Below, piece after piece: positions 31,315 to 41,061 of a DNA stretch of 64,000 nt (position 1 is the stretch's first letter; every line of letters starts with the position of its first letter). The translations under genes and the position numbers were made by a program. The stretch is taken from assembly GCA_038891615.1 (NCBI GenBank), contig JAWADY010000001.1:160001-224000 (forward strand). The letters run 5' to 3'. Origin of the DNA: Candidatus Woesearchaeota archaeon. GTDB taxonomy: Archaea; Nanobdellota; Nanobdellia; Woesearchaeales; ARS49. Under the pieces are notes generated by a model, which did no database searches, was not told the origin of the DNA, and saw only the letters and a list, made by a program, of their open reading frames with translations.

Positions 31315-31962
31315 TCATTTTTTTAATATTTTCTTTATATAACCGAACTGATCATGGAATATGTGAGCACTTGTGGAAAATGTTGTTATAGAGCCTGCGT
31401 CACAGCCAAGTTTTTTTCTTACATAATCTTGCAACACATATATCTGATAAATGTTAGCAGGCCATCCAAAGAAAAAGTCGTTTGACCTTATCACTGCGGT
31501 AAGGTTGAGTCTGTTCTCTCTCAACTTTAAATCGATCATCACAAGTCCTGGGATGTCACGTTTCATCACATTGCTGTCCTCTTTTGGGTCCCAAAGTGAG
31601 AGAACAGCTCTTCTGGAATTTGGAATCTCTTTTAGTAAAGGAATTATGAAATCGTTTATCTGATTTATTTTGCCTTGAAAATTAAATAACCTGGGTCCAT
31701 AGCTATATGAATAATCCGGCGCAAGCTTATTGGCAAGCATAACCTTTGCAATCTCATCAAACGGAGGATATTTCCAATTACCAAAAGTGTTTAAAAGCTG
31801 CATTGGTCTTGTTATGTCTTGTTCTGGATTTTTTATTTGCACCCCAAAGTTAAGCAATTCTCTGCACATCCTGTTGTTCTCGTCCATGAAATCCATTCCT
31901 CTTTTGAGTATCGTGGCAAGGCTTTGTTTCCATGCTTCCAATGCTGTTCTTGTGATTATCAT
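31315..31962 (-). CDS. thymidylate synthase-fold protein lacking the catalytic Cys
   Basis: YSYGPRL, NSRRA, RSND...G.PAN, SAHIF retained; the PC motif reads DIPGL. Confidence 0.85.
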   Translation of the reverse strand: MIITRTALEAWKQSLATILKRGMDFMDENNRMCRELLNFGVQIKNPEQDITRPMQLLNTFGNWKYPPFDEIAKVMLANKLAPDYSYSYGPRLFNFQGKINQINDFIIPLLKEIPNSRRAVLSLWDPKEDSNVMKRDIPGLVMIDLKLRENRLNLTAVIRSNDFFFGWPANIYQIYVLQDYVRKKLGCDAGSITTFSTSAHIFHDQFGYIKKILKK

Positions 31963-31964
31963 CT

Positions 31965-33563
31965 TCAGGTCAAAAACTGCTCCAATCTTACATTTAATTC
32001 TAAAGCACCTGAAAAAGAATATCTAAAAAATGGTAGTCTATAGGTGTTAAGTATGAAGCCCATCTCCCTTAGTACATCCTTGGGCTGCATTGGCCCTTTC
32101 TTATAAAAGCTTATCATATCTCCTCCATCAAAAACCTCGAACAATTTTTCCTTTGTTTCCATTACCTGTTTTAACTCGTCATTGTAAAGGTCGCTCAAAC
32201 CTCTTACAAAATAGCGCTTGTATGAAGGCTTTGTAAAGATGTCGCGTACAAAATCATCAAATGCGCATGAAAAAGCTACCCTAAATCTCGTAGGCATTCC
32301 ACAACTTTTGTATATCGTATCCTCAGCAATGCAAAAATCATCAACTGCCTTTTTGCTTTCCTTGAGATAACTAAGCAAGAACTCTATGCTAAACTGAGAA
32401 TTTTTCCAGCCGTAGTTCCAAAATCTCACATAATTTTTTCCAAACATAAAAAAATTTTTTGCATGGCTGGGGTCTAGTGCTATCAGGCTTCCAAAAAGCT
32501 CATCTGAGCGTTGCCGCTGAAGGGAATTGGCAAGCAGCAGAGAATCCGCAATTTTTAGTACAAAACGCTTGAACTGCTCTATTGCTTTTTCCTGATTCTG
32601 AAAGAACCTCTCTACATCGACCATTATTGTTGATTGACCACAAATGAGCCCAGGAATGTGTCCCTGCATTTCTTTCTCATAGAGTAACCATTCGTTTTCA
32701 GAAAAGGTGTACGGTCCAGCCTTGCCAACAAAATATGGCGCCTGATAGCAGTTTTGGTTCTTTATGTAAAGGCTTTCATTGTGTCTGGAGTAAAGCTGCA
32801 CAAGCTTTTCGAAAAAATCAGAATGCTCATAAAATTCCTTTAGTTGGGTGTCAAAAACAAAGGTTATGTTTCTATTTTTCTGTTGAAGAAGCAAAGAAAT
32901 AAGTTTAAGTATTGGCTCGCCCTTTGTCACATTTGTCATGTCGATAATGTAGCATATCTTTTTACCATAGTCATCACATTTTGCATTGAGCTTTGTCACA
33001 AACGGTGCAAGCAATTGGGTCTCTGATTTTTGGACCATGACTTCAAAATCGTTTACTGCAATAACATCATTGACAACACCAAAACATCCATTGATGGCAT
33101 GCCATAGCCCTTTAGGGCTCTTGAATAGCGATGCCTCAAGCAGAACACTGTTTAGCCTATCAATCCACGTTGTTGCCTCTAATTTATATATAATTCCCTT
33201 TTGTTCATAGCCTTCTACTGGCATGGGAGGAGTTATTGGTCGGGTGACAGTAATGTTATCAAAGTGTGGCACCTCTACCCCAGCCACAATTGCAAAGCTT
33301 TTTTCTTTGTTTTTACCTTCCTTTGTTATCCTTATGTAGCCTTCAAGAACAAGTTTGTTAAGATAGTAAAGAATGCGCCTGTGCAATTGTGCCTTACGTC
33401 TTTTTGCTTGCTTTTGTCTTTCAACATCACTAGAAATAAGCAATCTTTCAATCTCGTCATATCCTGGGGTTAGCTTCTCTACAATCTCTGTTGTAGAGAA
33501 TTCCTTTTCAGGATTCTTTGCTAAAAGTTCTAATATTGATGTTTCAAAATCTCCTTTACGCAT
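31965..33563 (-). CDS. large protein with N-terminal winged-helix domain and unknown alpha/beta C-terminal region
   Basis: ILELLA...FSTTEIVEKL...LHRRILYYLNKLV.EGYI plus wing; stop lies 2 bp before the TS-like start. Confidence 0.7.
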   Translation of the reverse strand: MRKGDFETSILELLAKNPEKEFSTTEIVEKLTPGYDEIERLLISSDVERQKQAKRRKAQLHRRILYYLNKLVLEGYIRITKEGKNKEKSFAIVAGVEVPHFDNITVTRPITPPMPVEGYEQKGIIYKLEATTWIDRLNSVLLEASLFKSPKGLWHAINGCFGVVNDVIAVNDFEVMVQKSETQLLAPFVTKLNAKCDDYGKKICYIIDMTNVTKGEPILKLISLLLQQKNRNITFVFDTQLKEFYEHSDFFEKLVQLYSRHNESLYIKNQNCYQAPYFVGKAGPYTFSENEWLLYEKEMQGHIPGLICGQSTIMVDVERFFQNQEKAIEQFKRFVLKIADSLLLANSLQRQRSDELFGSLIALDPSHAKNFFMFGKNYVRFWNYGWKNSQFSIEFLLSYLKESKKAVDDFCIAEDTIYKSCGMPTRFRVAFSCAFDDFVRDIFTKPSYKRYFVRGLSDLYNDELKQVMETKEKLFEVFDGGDMISFYKKGPMQPKDVLREMGFILNTYRLPFFRYSFSGALELNVRLEQFLT

Positions 33564-33628
33564 TAGCCACCCCTAAAAACTGTCTAAAACAGTCTATTAT
33601 ATAAAATTTATCATATTTCAGGAAATTT

Positions 33629-33647
33629 TATTGAAACGGTTTCAATA
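33629..33647. promoter_or_regulatory. perfect 19-bp palindrome TATTGAAAC-G-GTTTCAATA (candidate operator)
   Basis: Lies in the divergent intergenic region just upstream of a TATA-like box (~33596-33605) of the wHTH gene. Confidence 0.55.
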
Positions 33648-33825
33648 GTTTCAGAAGAATAATTTATATTTCAAAAAATAATTCTTATTTCAAATGCATA
33701 AAAAAAGGGATTCCTGAAACAAAAATTACACACAGGCCGAAAACCCGCCAATTTCGTTAAATCACAACAAGTAGAGCTCATTGGAGCTCCAGGAATCCCT
33801 GATTTAAGAAAGATTAGAAAATAAA

Positions 33826-34122
33826 ATGGCAGATTGTTTCATATGTGGCAAAAAATTGGTGAGAGTAAATCTTGATTTCATAATTAGTGGAATTGGGTAT
33901 AGATGTCTTAATTGTATGGGTATAAGTGTAAAAAGCCCTGCAAAGGCAGAAAAAATGGCTGCTCTTATAAGCTTGCTTGCAAGGGACTGCAGCACAAAAC
34001 TTCGCGAACTGAGTTCTACGCTAGGAGTGCCAAAGTCAACTCTGCATGATTATATTCGAGAGATAAAAAAAGGCTGCAAATTCACTTTTAGACTGAACAG
34101 GAGAAATTTAGATACTGTTTAG
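33826..34122 (+). CDS. small Zn-ribbon + HTH protein
   Basis: CFIC...CLNC; LRELSSTLGVPKSTLHDYI HTH. Confidence 0.65.
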   Translation: MADCFICGKKLVRVNLDFIISGIGYRCLNCMGISVKSPAKAEKMAALISLLARDCSTKLRELSSTLGVPKSTLHDYIREIKKGCKFTFRLNRRNLDTV

Positions 34123-34244
34123 TTTATAGGATATGACTTTTTGTTGGTGGTTTGCCAATAACTTAAATCCTCTTTAAAAGAGGGATTTCCAAACCATTTT
34201 AGAAGCAAAACATTTTAAAATAGTTCTTTATTTATCCTACACAA

Positions 34245-34386
34245 GCCTCGGTAGTCTAATGGCTAGGATAGAGCCCTGTCGACGCCAAATCCAAATTGGC
34301 CAATGGCTTTTGATGGACTAGCCTGACGCGTGGTTACGCGTTGCGACAGACCGGCTCTGATGCGGGTTCGAATCCCGCCCGGGGCG
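34245..34386 (+). tRNA. tRNA-Asp(GTC) with 70-nt intron (34282-34351)
   Basis: GCCTCGG/CCGGGGC + G73; GAGCC-CT-GTC-G...C-GGCTC; strict BHB (CTGT/ACAG helix, CGA and ACC bulges). Confidence 0.93.
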
Positions 34387-34460
34387 TTCGAACTTCCAGA
34401 GTTAAGCCTGCTCGGGCAACGAAATGGAGTGAAAGTTTGCACAAAAGAGAGGTGAAAAAA

Positions 34461-34676
34461 ATGGAAAACTGCAACTATAACAAAACGAGGTTGCTTGCTG
34501 AAATTTTGTCAACCCTCTGGCGTCTAGAAAGAGGTGTTTACGCCGAGGATGCCAAAAAGGCGGGCCATCCTCTTTGTGGCAAGCTTTACGAGGATCTTGC
34601 CAAAGACCTGAGAAAATACAAAGAAAAGCTGATAGCTGCGATTGAAGGACTATCAAAAGAAGGAAAGTTCAAATAA
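34461..34676 (+). CDS. small helical protein (possible half-ferritin-like)
   Basis: GAGGTGA RBS; NYNK..LL...W....Y.EDA.K.GH..C..L two-helix pattern. Confidence 0.6.
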   Translation: MENCNYNKTRLLAEILSTLWRLERGVYAEDAKKAGHPLCGKLYEDLAKDLRKYKEKLIAAIEGLSKEGKFK

Positions 34677-34764
34677 AACAGACTAAAATTCGGTAAGCAA
34701 ACCAATTGCTTATTAGAAAGGTTTAGATTGTCAATGTAATCAAAAGGCTATCGGCTGTTTATTT

Positions 34765-35196
34765 TCATGGCAGCTTACAGCCGCTTTTGGAAGCCAATTG
34801 AGCAAAGGTTTGCTCACCACTAACCCTGCTACCATCCCCAAACACCCAAGTTGGATAAGCCATTATTCCAGCTTTGGTACATTCTTTTGTCTGACCTCTT
34901 TCGTTAGGAATTGCGCACTCGACATAGTTAATATATTTCCAGCTCTCACCAAACATTGCTTTTTGGTTCTGGCAATGGGGGCACCAATAAGCGCCATACA
35001 TTTTTACACCAGAATCTGTCAAGCATTTTGCAAAGATGTCAAGCGGTGACATGCTTGTTTCGCCTACGACAGCTCCTCCAGTAGCAGTGCTTCTTGCACA
35101 ACCAACAAGGATAAACGCAGCTAAAAGAGTAATAAAAACAAACACAAATAGGGTTGGATAAACACGATAAGTTCTTTTTTGAAGAGTTGATTCCAT
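34765..35196 (-). CDS. membrane-anchored thioredoxin-like protein (VKOR-associated Trx type)
   Basis: MYGAYWCPHC..QK.MFG, YVEC, YPTW. Confidence 0.88.
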   Translation of the reverse strand: MESTLQKRTYRVYPTLFVFVFITLLAAFILVGCARSTATGGAVVGETSMSPLDIFAKCLTDSGVKMYGAYWCPHCQNQKAMFGESWKYINYVECAIPNERGQTKECTKAGIMAYPTWVFGDGSRVSGEQTFAQLASKSGCKLP

Positions 35197-35322
35197 ATCT
35201 TCACCTCTAATCAGACCTTTGTATATTGTTAGATTGTTGTTTATGTATTCCCCTTATTTTTAGCAGGTAATGTAACATTTAATAATTTTTCGCTTGCATG
35301 ATGTACAAATCAAATTTTAAAT

Positions 35323-35466
35323 TTAAACAAATTTTAAATTTAAATATATCAATATTGCCACAAAGATTATGATGACAAACAAAATTCGCAAAGTTGGGTT
35401 GCGACTTTGAAATTTATCTTTCATTTGCTTTTCACTAACGCCTTTATGACCTGCACAACAATCCAT
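35323..35466 (-). CDS. 47-aa MDCC..H membrane micro-protein (not in ORF track)
   Basis: GGAGAGGTG RBS; MDCCAGHKG...LRILFVIIIFVAILIYLNLKFV. Confidence 0.6.
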   Translation of the reverse strand: MDCCAGHKGVSEKQMKDKFQSRNPTLRILFVIIIFVAILIYLNLKFV

Positions 35467-35512
35467 CTTGGCACCTCTCCTTCATTTTATTTAAAATTGT
35501 TCTTTGCGGACC

Positions 35513-35605
35513 TTATTGCTCAAAACAACATTCCAAAACCTCTTTAAGGGTTTTCTTAACTTTTTTCTTCAAACCACCAAGCTTTTTTGCAAGCTCTTCA
35601 ATCAC
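35513..35605 (-). CDS. 30-aa peptide ending ECCFEQ, or frameshifted tail of the upstream gene
   Basis: GAGGT RBS + GTG start 2 nt after the upstream stop; MIEELAKKLGGLKKKVKKTLKEVLECCFEQ. Confidence 0.45.
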   Translation of the reverse strand: MIEELAKKLGGLKKKVKKTLKEVLECCFEQ

Positions 35606-35607
35606 TT

Positions 35608-36039
35608 TTAGACCTCGCTTGAAACTTTTTCATCCAATGATTGAAGCAGCCAGAAAAGACCGTAAAGGTCAAAAGCTGCCCGCTCGAATTCATAAGCAGT
35701 GTCATTGGACTTTCCAATGTATTTTGTAGCAACTTCCATCAATCTCATTGTTGCTGCAAGCAGGTGCTTGCTAATGCACCATAGCTCACCCTCACGATTA
35801 TGAACCAATTCACCGAGCATCTTTATCCTAAGTTTGCGGACAGCAGCGAGAATTTCAAGGTAATGCTTTCTCTTTGTCTTCATTGCAGTAAAGGCAAGAT
35901 GTTCTTCGAGGCTTATCAAGTTCATCACAGCTATTGAAAGATCTTGACGATGAGTCAAGTCGGCCTTTTCGATATCGGCTTTCTTTTTCCTGCCTTGAGC
36001 CGAGGCTACTTTTGTCCTTTGTGTCATCCTTTGTATCAT
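35608..36039 (-). CDS. hypothetical helical protein
   Basis: DLSIAVMNLISLEEH, WCISKHLL, AFDLYGLFW; ATGA overlap with the upstream gene. Confidence 0.7.
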   Translation of the reverse strand: MIQRMTQRTKVASAQGRKKKADIEKADLTHRQDLSIAVMNLISLEEHLAFTAMKTKRKHYLEILAAVRKLRIKMLGELVHNREGELWCISKHLLAATMRLMEVATKYIGKSNDTAYEFERAAFDLYGLFWLLQSLDEKVSSEV

Positions 36040-36545
36040 GCTGCCACCCCGAATAGACGTAAAGCTAAGACAGTTACGAGCAGCGCCGTTAGCATAAAGG
36101 CAAGCCCTTGCAACGGCATAAAATTCTTACCCCTGTTAAGTCTGCGCACAACATGATGTAGCCAAAACGCACCACTGGTTGTTGCAGAACCAATGACAAC
36201 CCCTGCTAGCAGGTAAGGCATTCCAAAGAGGGTTCCTGAAGAGTTGAAGAGCTTTGCAAAATGCAAGGTTAGTGTTGTCAAAAGAATGCTTAAAAGTGTC
36301 AAAATAGCTGACTGAAAAGGAATGTTCCAACCACGCTTTTTCATTGCATTGCTTGTCCAGAGCCCAATAGATACTGCAAGAGCTCCGATAAAAACGCCAA
36401 AAATGCTGTCATGTATTCCATAAAATCTTGCAGTAGTTACAGCGCCAACTGCTGCCACAGCACATAAAGGGCAATGTGCAAAAGCCGAAGGGACGGTTGC
36501 CAGGACCATGGATGCACCAATTATGGCAATCCTGCTTATGTTCAT
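36036..36545 (-). CDS. multi-TM protein with N-terminal HCPLC motif
   Basis: Signal-like AFA|HCPLC followed by 4-5 TM helices. Confidence 0.75.
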   Translation of the reverse strand: MNISRIAIIGASMVLATVPSAFAHCPLCAVAAVGAVTTARFYGIHDSIFGVFIGALAVSIGLWTSNAMKKRGWNIPFQSAILTLLSILLTTLTLHFAKLFNSSGTLFGMPYLLAGVVIGSATTSGAFWLHHVVRRLNRGKNFMPLQGLAFMLTALLVTVLALRLFGVAA

Positions 36546-36547
36546 TC

Positions 36548-37126
36548 TCAGCATCCTCCTGTTCCTGAATCAGCTCCGCCTGGATAGAATACCTCCTTCC
36601 ACTTGTTTATCTCAGCCTGTATTTGTTCACGAGTGTAGCCCTTTGTAACAAGCAACTTTGCAAGGCCGTAAAGTGCAACGTGATGACCACATTCACAGTT
36701 GTTGCTTGCCTGCAGTGTTGTAAAGCCGCAGCAAGGAAGTCTCACATCAAGCCCAACAATTTTCTTTGTCTGTTCAGAGTTCAACTTTATGCTTTTCGCA
36801 TAATCAATAAGCTTAGCGTATCCTGCTGAATCATAGCTTATTCCATATTCTGACATCTCACCAGAACCTTGTGGAGAAGCATCATGCGATGTTGGCTCAA
36901 TCCCACATCCACCAACACCCGTCGTAGCACCTGTTGAAACAGAAGCTGCGGAATTAGCCGATTTTCCATGATGGACTTCCATCATTTCTTCATATGAAGA
37001 ATAACCGTGGTAAAGCCCAGAAGCGCTGCTTCCAGATTTGGTTGATTTGCTAATCCAGACAACTGTTCCAAAAAGCGCTATTGCTAGGAGAAGGACTATC
37101 AACACTCCAATTGTTTTGTTAGACAT
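36548..37126 (-). CDS. membrane-anchored Cys/His/Met-rich putative metal-binding protein
   Basis: N-terminal TM; MMEVHH, GGC, PCCG, CECGHH, C-terminal GGC. Confidence 0.75.
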   Translation of the reverse strand: MSNKTIGVLIVLLLAIALFGTVVWISKSTKSGSSASGLYHGYSSYEEMMEVHHGKSANSAASVSTGATTGVGGCGIEPTSHDASPQGSGEMSEYGISYDSAGYAKLIDYAKSIKLNSEQTKKIVGLDVRLPCCGFTTLQASNNCECGHHVALYGLAKLLVTKGYTREQIQAEINKWKEVFYPGGADSGTGGC

Positions 37127-37253
37127 TTTTATTTTACATTACACCTCCGAGCTAAATAATCTGAAAAGGCAAAGGATTGAAACACCATATATTAATTTCG
37201 GTGAAACTAGTTTCAAAGGAATTTTAAGTTTCTAAGCTTTATAACAGGCAAAT

Positions 37254-37766
37254 TTAGAAGCTTTGGACTTGATGTTTCAATATAACAACATTGGTCATCC
37301 CCCTACGCCTTCGCTCGACAAGCCCCTTTGCCTCAAGCTTATCAAGAAGCCTAGTAATCTTCACCTTTGACATCTGCAGCTTGTCAACAAGTTCGTTCTG
37401 GAAGAGCATTCCATTCGAATCTTTAAGAAGGTTGTAAAGTGCCAGCTCATCGCCACCAAGCTCCTTTGCAGCATTTCTTGCACTTGCCGCAACAATCTCT
37501 TCAGGTCTCTTTTTAAAGAAGAGATACATCCCTATGCTAAAAAAAACAACAAGTACGAATGAACCTAGGTATTTAGGCAGCGAGAGTCTATTTATTTGTT
37601 CATAAGGGCATATTGTGTTAGGCTCATGAATGCAATTGCCCTGCTCATCAAATCTTGCCTGCGAAAGAATAAAGGATTCTGTCTGCTTGACGTAGACCCC
37701 TCCAACTACCATAGTAATGAGTGAAAAAAGCATTATTACAAACCCCAACTGCTTATATCCTAGCAT
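37254..37766 (-). CDS. membrane-bound wHTH regulator (COG2512-like)
   Basis: Two TMs enclosing a CIH...CPY loop; FQNELV...SKVKITRLLDKLE.KGLVERRRRGMTN. Confidence 0.85.
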   Translation of the reverse strand: MLGYKQLGFVIMLFSLITMVVGGVYVKQTESFILSQARFDEQGNCIHEPNTICPYEQINRLSLPKYLGSFVLVVFFSIGMYLFFKKRPEEIVAASARNAAKELGGDELALYNLLKDSNGMLFQNELVDKLQMSKVKITRLLDKLEAKGLVERRRRGMTNVVILKHQVQSF

Positions 37767-37809
37767 GCATTTATATTACGAATGACGATTTTTAAAGGTT
37801 GCTGTTCAT

Positions 37810-37827
37810 CCCTTTTTGCAAAAAGGG
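37810..37827. promoter_or_regulatory. perfect 18-bp palindrome CCCTTTTTGCAAAAAGGG
   Basis: Upstream of the TATA-like box (~37790-37797) of the wHTH gene, at the R-M island edge; operator or terminator. Confidence 0.45.
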
Positions 37828-37829
37828 GT

Positions 37830-37958
37830 GATCCTGATAAAGAAATCTAGGTTGAATTTTGCCCAAACTTGATGAGAACCTTTACGATATGTATACGGAA
37901 CATCATAAAATCCTCTGTCAACAGACTTAATCCAAGCATCTATTTTTTGTGCATATTC
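37830..37958 (-). pseudogene. fragment resembling the C-terminal nuclease region of a type III restriction Res subunit
   Basis: Start-less frame [43 protein letters not shown] directly after hsdR. Confidence 0.55.
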
Positions 37959-40900
37959 ACACAGTAACTAAATTTCCAGCAACTAACTCTGCTTGTTTTA
38001 AAACGGTTTCTGTTGCTTTTTTTTCTTTATCAGGCGGATAGCCATATTTTCTCAGTATTTTCTTTACTTTGAGGCGCAACTCTGCTTGAACACTTTCTCT
38101 TTGTGTCCAGTCTATTGTAACACTTTTTCTTATCATTTGTGTTAGTTCGAGTGCTATTTTTCTTAAGGTTTCGTCACCAAGTATTTTAACTGCGCTATCA
38201 TTGGCTTCAAGTGCATCATAAAATGCAAGTTCATCTTCACTCATTCCAAGCTCTTTTCCCCTGTTTTTTTCTTCTCTAACTTTTCGTGCTAACTCTATTA
38301 ATTCTTCTACAGCTTGCGCAGCCTCTATAGTCCTATTTGTATATTTCTTTATTGTTTTATCCAGCATCTCCATGAAAGATTTGCCTCGAACAAGGTTTCT
38401 TTTTGAAATTATTTTAATCTCATCATTCAATAATTTTTTAAGAGCTTCAAACGCGAGGTTTTTCTGAGGCATATCTCTTACTTCAGCTAGAAAACGCTCT
38501 GATAAAATTGAAAGTTCTGGTTTTTTAATTCCAGCAGCCTCAAATATATCTATAATTCTATCAGAGATTACTGCCTTTGAAATAATCTGTTTGATTGCTG
38601 TTTCATATTCTTCTATTACATCTTTTTTGGTTTCGAGTTTTTTTGACATTGTTAATTTTAATGTCTGAAAAAAGCCAACTTCTTCCTTAATCTTCATGGC
38701 TTTTTCATGAGGAAATGACAAAGATAATGCTTTTACAAGAGCTGTTGCTTCTTTTCTAAATCTTTCTTTTTTCCCTGGCTCTTTTAGTATGTATTCCATT
38801 GCATTTAGCATGAAAGGAAATTTTTCTTTTGGCGAAAGCTCGAAAAATTTCTTGTAATTAAAACCATAAAACATATCTTTAACTATCTCATATTTTTCTA
38901 ACATTAATTTGACAGCCTCTTCTTGGTCCAATATTGGCTTTCCTTTACCGCCACTTAGTGTATAATCCATAAGTGCTTTTTTAAGTTCAGCTCCAACACC
39001 CATATAGTCGACAATCAGACCACCTTCCTTTCCAGGATAAACCCGATTCACTCTTGCTATTGCCTGCATTAGAGTATGACCTTTTATTGGCTTATCAAGA
39101 TACATTGTATGCAGAGATGGCGCATCGAACCCTGTCAAGAACATATCTCTTACGATAAGGAGTTTGATTTCATGTTTTGGGTCCCTAAAATTATCCCCTA
39201 TTCTCTTTCTTCTTTCTTTGTTTCTTATATGCTGCTGCCATTCTTTCGGGTCAGAAGCAGAGCCTGTTATTACGACTTTAATAAATCCTTTATCATCGTC
39301 ATCATTATGCCACTCTGGCCTTAGTTTTATTATCTCGTTATAAAGGTCAATGCATATTCTTCTCGACATACAAACAATCATTCCTTTTCCATCAAGGACA
39401 GAAAGCCTTTGCTCAAAATGATTTACAATGTCTTCTGCAATCCTTCTTATTCTTTTAGGAGCGCCCGCAACCTTTTCAAGACTTGCCCATTTACTTTTAA
39501 GTTTTTCTTTATGCTCTACCTCTTCGCCTTCTGTTACCTCCTCGAACTCTGGATCAATCTTTGGTCTTTCTTCTGGTTTTAACTCCAGCTTTGCTAATCT
39601 GCTTTCGTAAAATATTCCTACAGTAGCACCATCATTAATAGCTTGTTCAATATCATAAATATCAACATATTTTCCAAATACAGCAGGGGTTGATCTATCC
39701 TCTTTTTCTATTGGCGTTCCAGTAAAGCCAATGAATGACGCATTGGGCAAAGCATCTCTTAAGTACTTTGCATAACCATATGTTATAAGCACCTTATCTT
39801 CTTTTTTCAGTATTCTTGCAGGAAAACCATATTGGCTTCTATGAGCTTCATCCGCTATTACAATAATATTGTCTCGCTCTGATAGAGTAGGATACTTTTC
39901 TCTATCATCTTTTGTTTCTGGAAAGAATTTTTGTATAGTAGTAAAAATAATTCCGCCAGAAGCAACTTTAAGTAATTCCATCAGTTCTTTTCTTGTGCTT
40001 GCTTGAACTGGTTCTTGTCTTAATATGTCTTGACACTTGATAAAAGTTCCAAATAATTGGTCATCAAGGTCATTTCTGTCTGTAAGAACAACAATCGTAG
40101 GATTATCCAGTTGTCTAATAATTTTTCCAGCGTAAAAAATCATTGTCAAACTTTTTCCAGAACCCTGAGTGTGCCACACAATACCTGCCTTTTTATTTGT
40201 CCTTCTTGCCTGCAAGGTTGATTCTACTGCTTTATTTGCAGCCCAATACTGGTGATATGCTGCTAATTTCTTTTTTGTTTCTTTATCTTTTTCAAAAACA
40301 ATAAAGTTTCTTACGATATCTAAAAGCTTGTCTTTGTCAAGCATGCCTCTAAGCAAGATTTCTATTTCTGATAGCCCTTTCATCGGTTTTTCTCCTTCTA
40401 TTGTTTTCCACTGCATAAACCTCTCTGGCTCAGAAGTAATCGTGCCTGCTCTTGCATCCATGCCATCGCTAATAACTAAAATTTCGTTATATTTGAACAA
40501 AGAAGGTATCTGTTCTTTATATGTTTGAAATTGATTATATGCTGTCCAGATTGTTGCATCTTTATCTGCAGGGTTTTTTAACTCTATAACAACCAAAGGC
40601 AAGCCATTAACAAACAACACAATATCTGGCCTTCTTTCAGCATTGTTTTCTATTACTGTAAACTGGTTGACTGCAAGAAAATCATTATTTTTTATATCTT
40701 CAAAATCGAACAAATTAATCAAAACGTGCCTTTCTTCACCTGCTTTTGCTATAGGAATGCTGATACCATCTGTAAGCATCCTATGAAAGGTTTCATTGTC
40801 AACAAGCAACTTTTGGCTTCCTATTCTCAAGACTTCCTTTATAGCCTGCTCTCTCACCTCTTCTGAAACCTGCGGATTAATCCTTCTCAAAGCTTCTCTT

Positions 40901-41061
40901 AATCTATCAACAAGCACAACATCTTCATATCTCTGCCTTAGAGCATATTTTCCACCTGGTAAGTAATCCTCATTATTTCCCCTGATTACTTCATAGCCAA
41001 GGCTGCCCAAAACTGACAAAGCAAATTCTTCAACATCCGATTCATGGATTGCTTTTATCAT
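37957..41061 (-). CDS. hsdR: type I restriction endonuclease subunit R
   Basis: RPD..LFVNG...[41 protein letters not shown]. Confidence 0.98.
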   Translation of the reverse strand: MIKAIHESDVEEFALSVLGSLGYEVIRGNNEDYLPGGKYALRQRYEDVVLVDRLREALRRINPQVSEEVREQAIKEVLRIGSQKLLVDNETFHRMLTDGISIPIAKAGEERHVLINLFDFEDIKNNDFLAVNQFTVIENNAERRPDIVLFVNGLPLVVIELKNPADKDATIWTAYNQFQTYKEQIPSLFKYNEILVISDGMDARAGTITSEPERFMQWKTIEGEKPMKGLSEIEILLRGMLDKDKLLDIVRNFIVFEKDKETKKKLAAYHQYWAANKAVESTLQARRTNKKAGIVWHTQGSGKSLTMIFYAGKIIRQLDNPTIVVLTDRNDLDDQLFGTFIKCQDILRQEPVQASTRKELMELLKVASGGIIFTTIQKFFPETKDDREKYPTLSERDNIIVIADEAHRSQYGFPARILKKEDKVLITYGYAKYLRDALPNASFIGFTGTPIEKEDRSTPAVFGKYVDIYDIEQAINDGATVGIFYESRLAKLELKPEERPKIDPEFEEVTEGEEVEHKEKLKSKWASLEKVAGAPKRIRRIAEDIVNHFEQRLSVLDGKGMIVCMSRRICIDLYNEIIKLRPEWHNDDDDKGFIKVVITGSASDPKEWQQHIRNKERRKRIGDNFRDPKHEIKLLIVRDMFLTGFDAPSLHTMYLDKPIKGHTLMQAIARVNRVYPGKEGGLIVDYMGVGAELKKALMDYTLSGGKGKPILDQEEAVKLMLEKYEIVKDMFYGFNYKKFFELSPKEKFPFMLNAMEYILKEPGKKERFRKEATALVKALSLSFPHEKAMKIKEEVGFFQTLKLTMSKKLETKKDVIEEYETAIKQIISKAVISDRIIDIFEAAGIKKPELSILSERFLAEVRDMPQKNLAFEALKKLLNDEIKIISKRNLVRGKSFMEMLDKTIKKYTNRTIEAAQAVEELIELARKVREEKNRGKELGMSEDELAFYDALEANDSAVKILGDETLRKIALELTQMIRKSVTIDWTQRESVQAELRLKVKKILRKYGYPPDKEKKATETVLKQAELVAGNLVTV

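Noticed and set aside
34341-34460. N-terminal extension of ORF 34341..34676
   Set aside because: Overlaps tRNA-Asp; the RBS supports 34461.
35311-35344. Tandem 17-bp AT-rich duplication CAAATTTTAAATTTAAA
   Set aside because: Low complexity, at the 3' end of a small ORF; no evidence of function.
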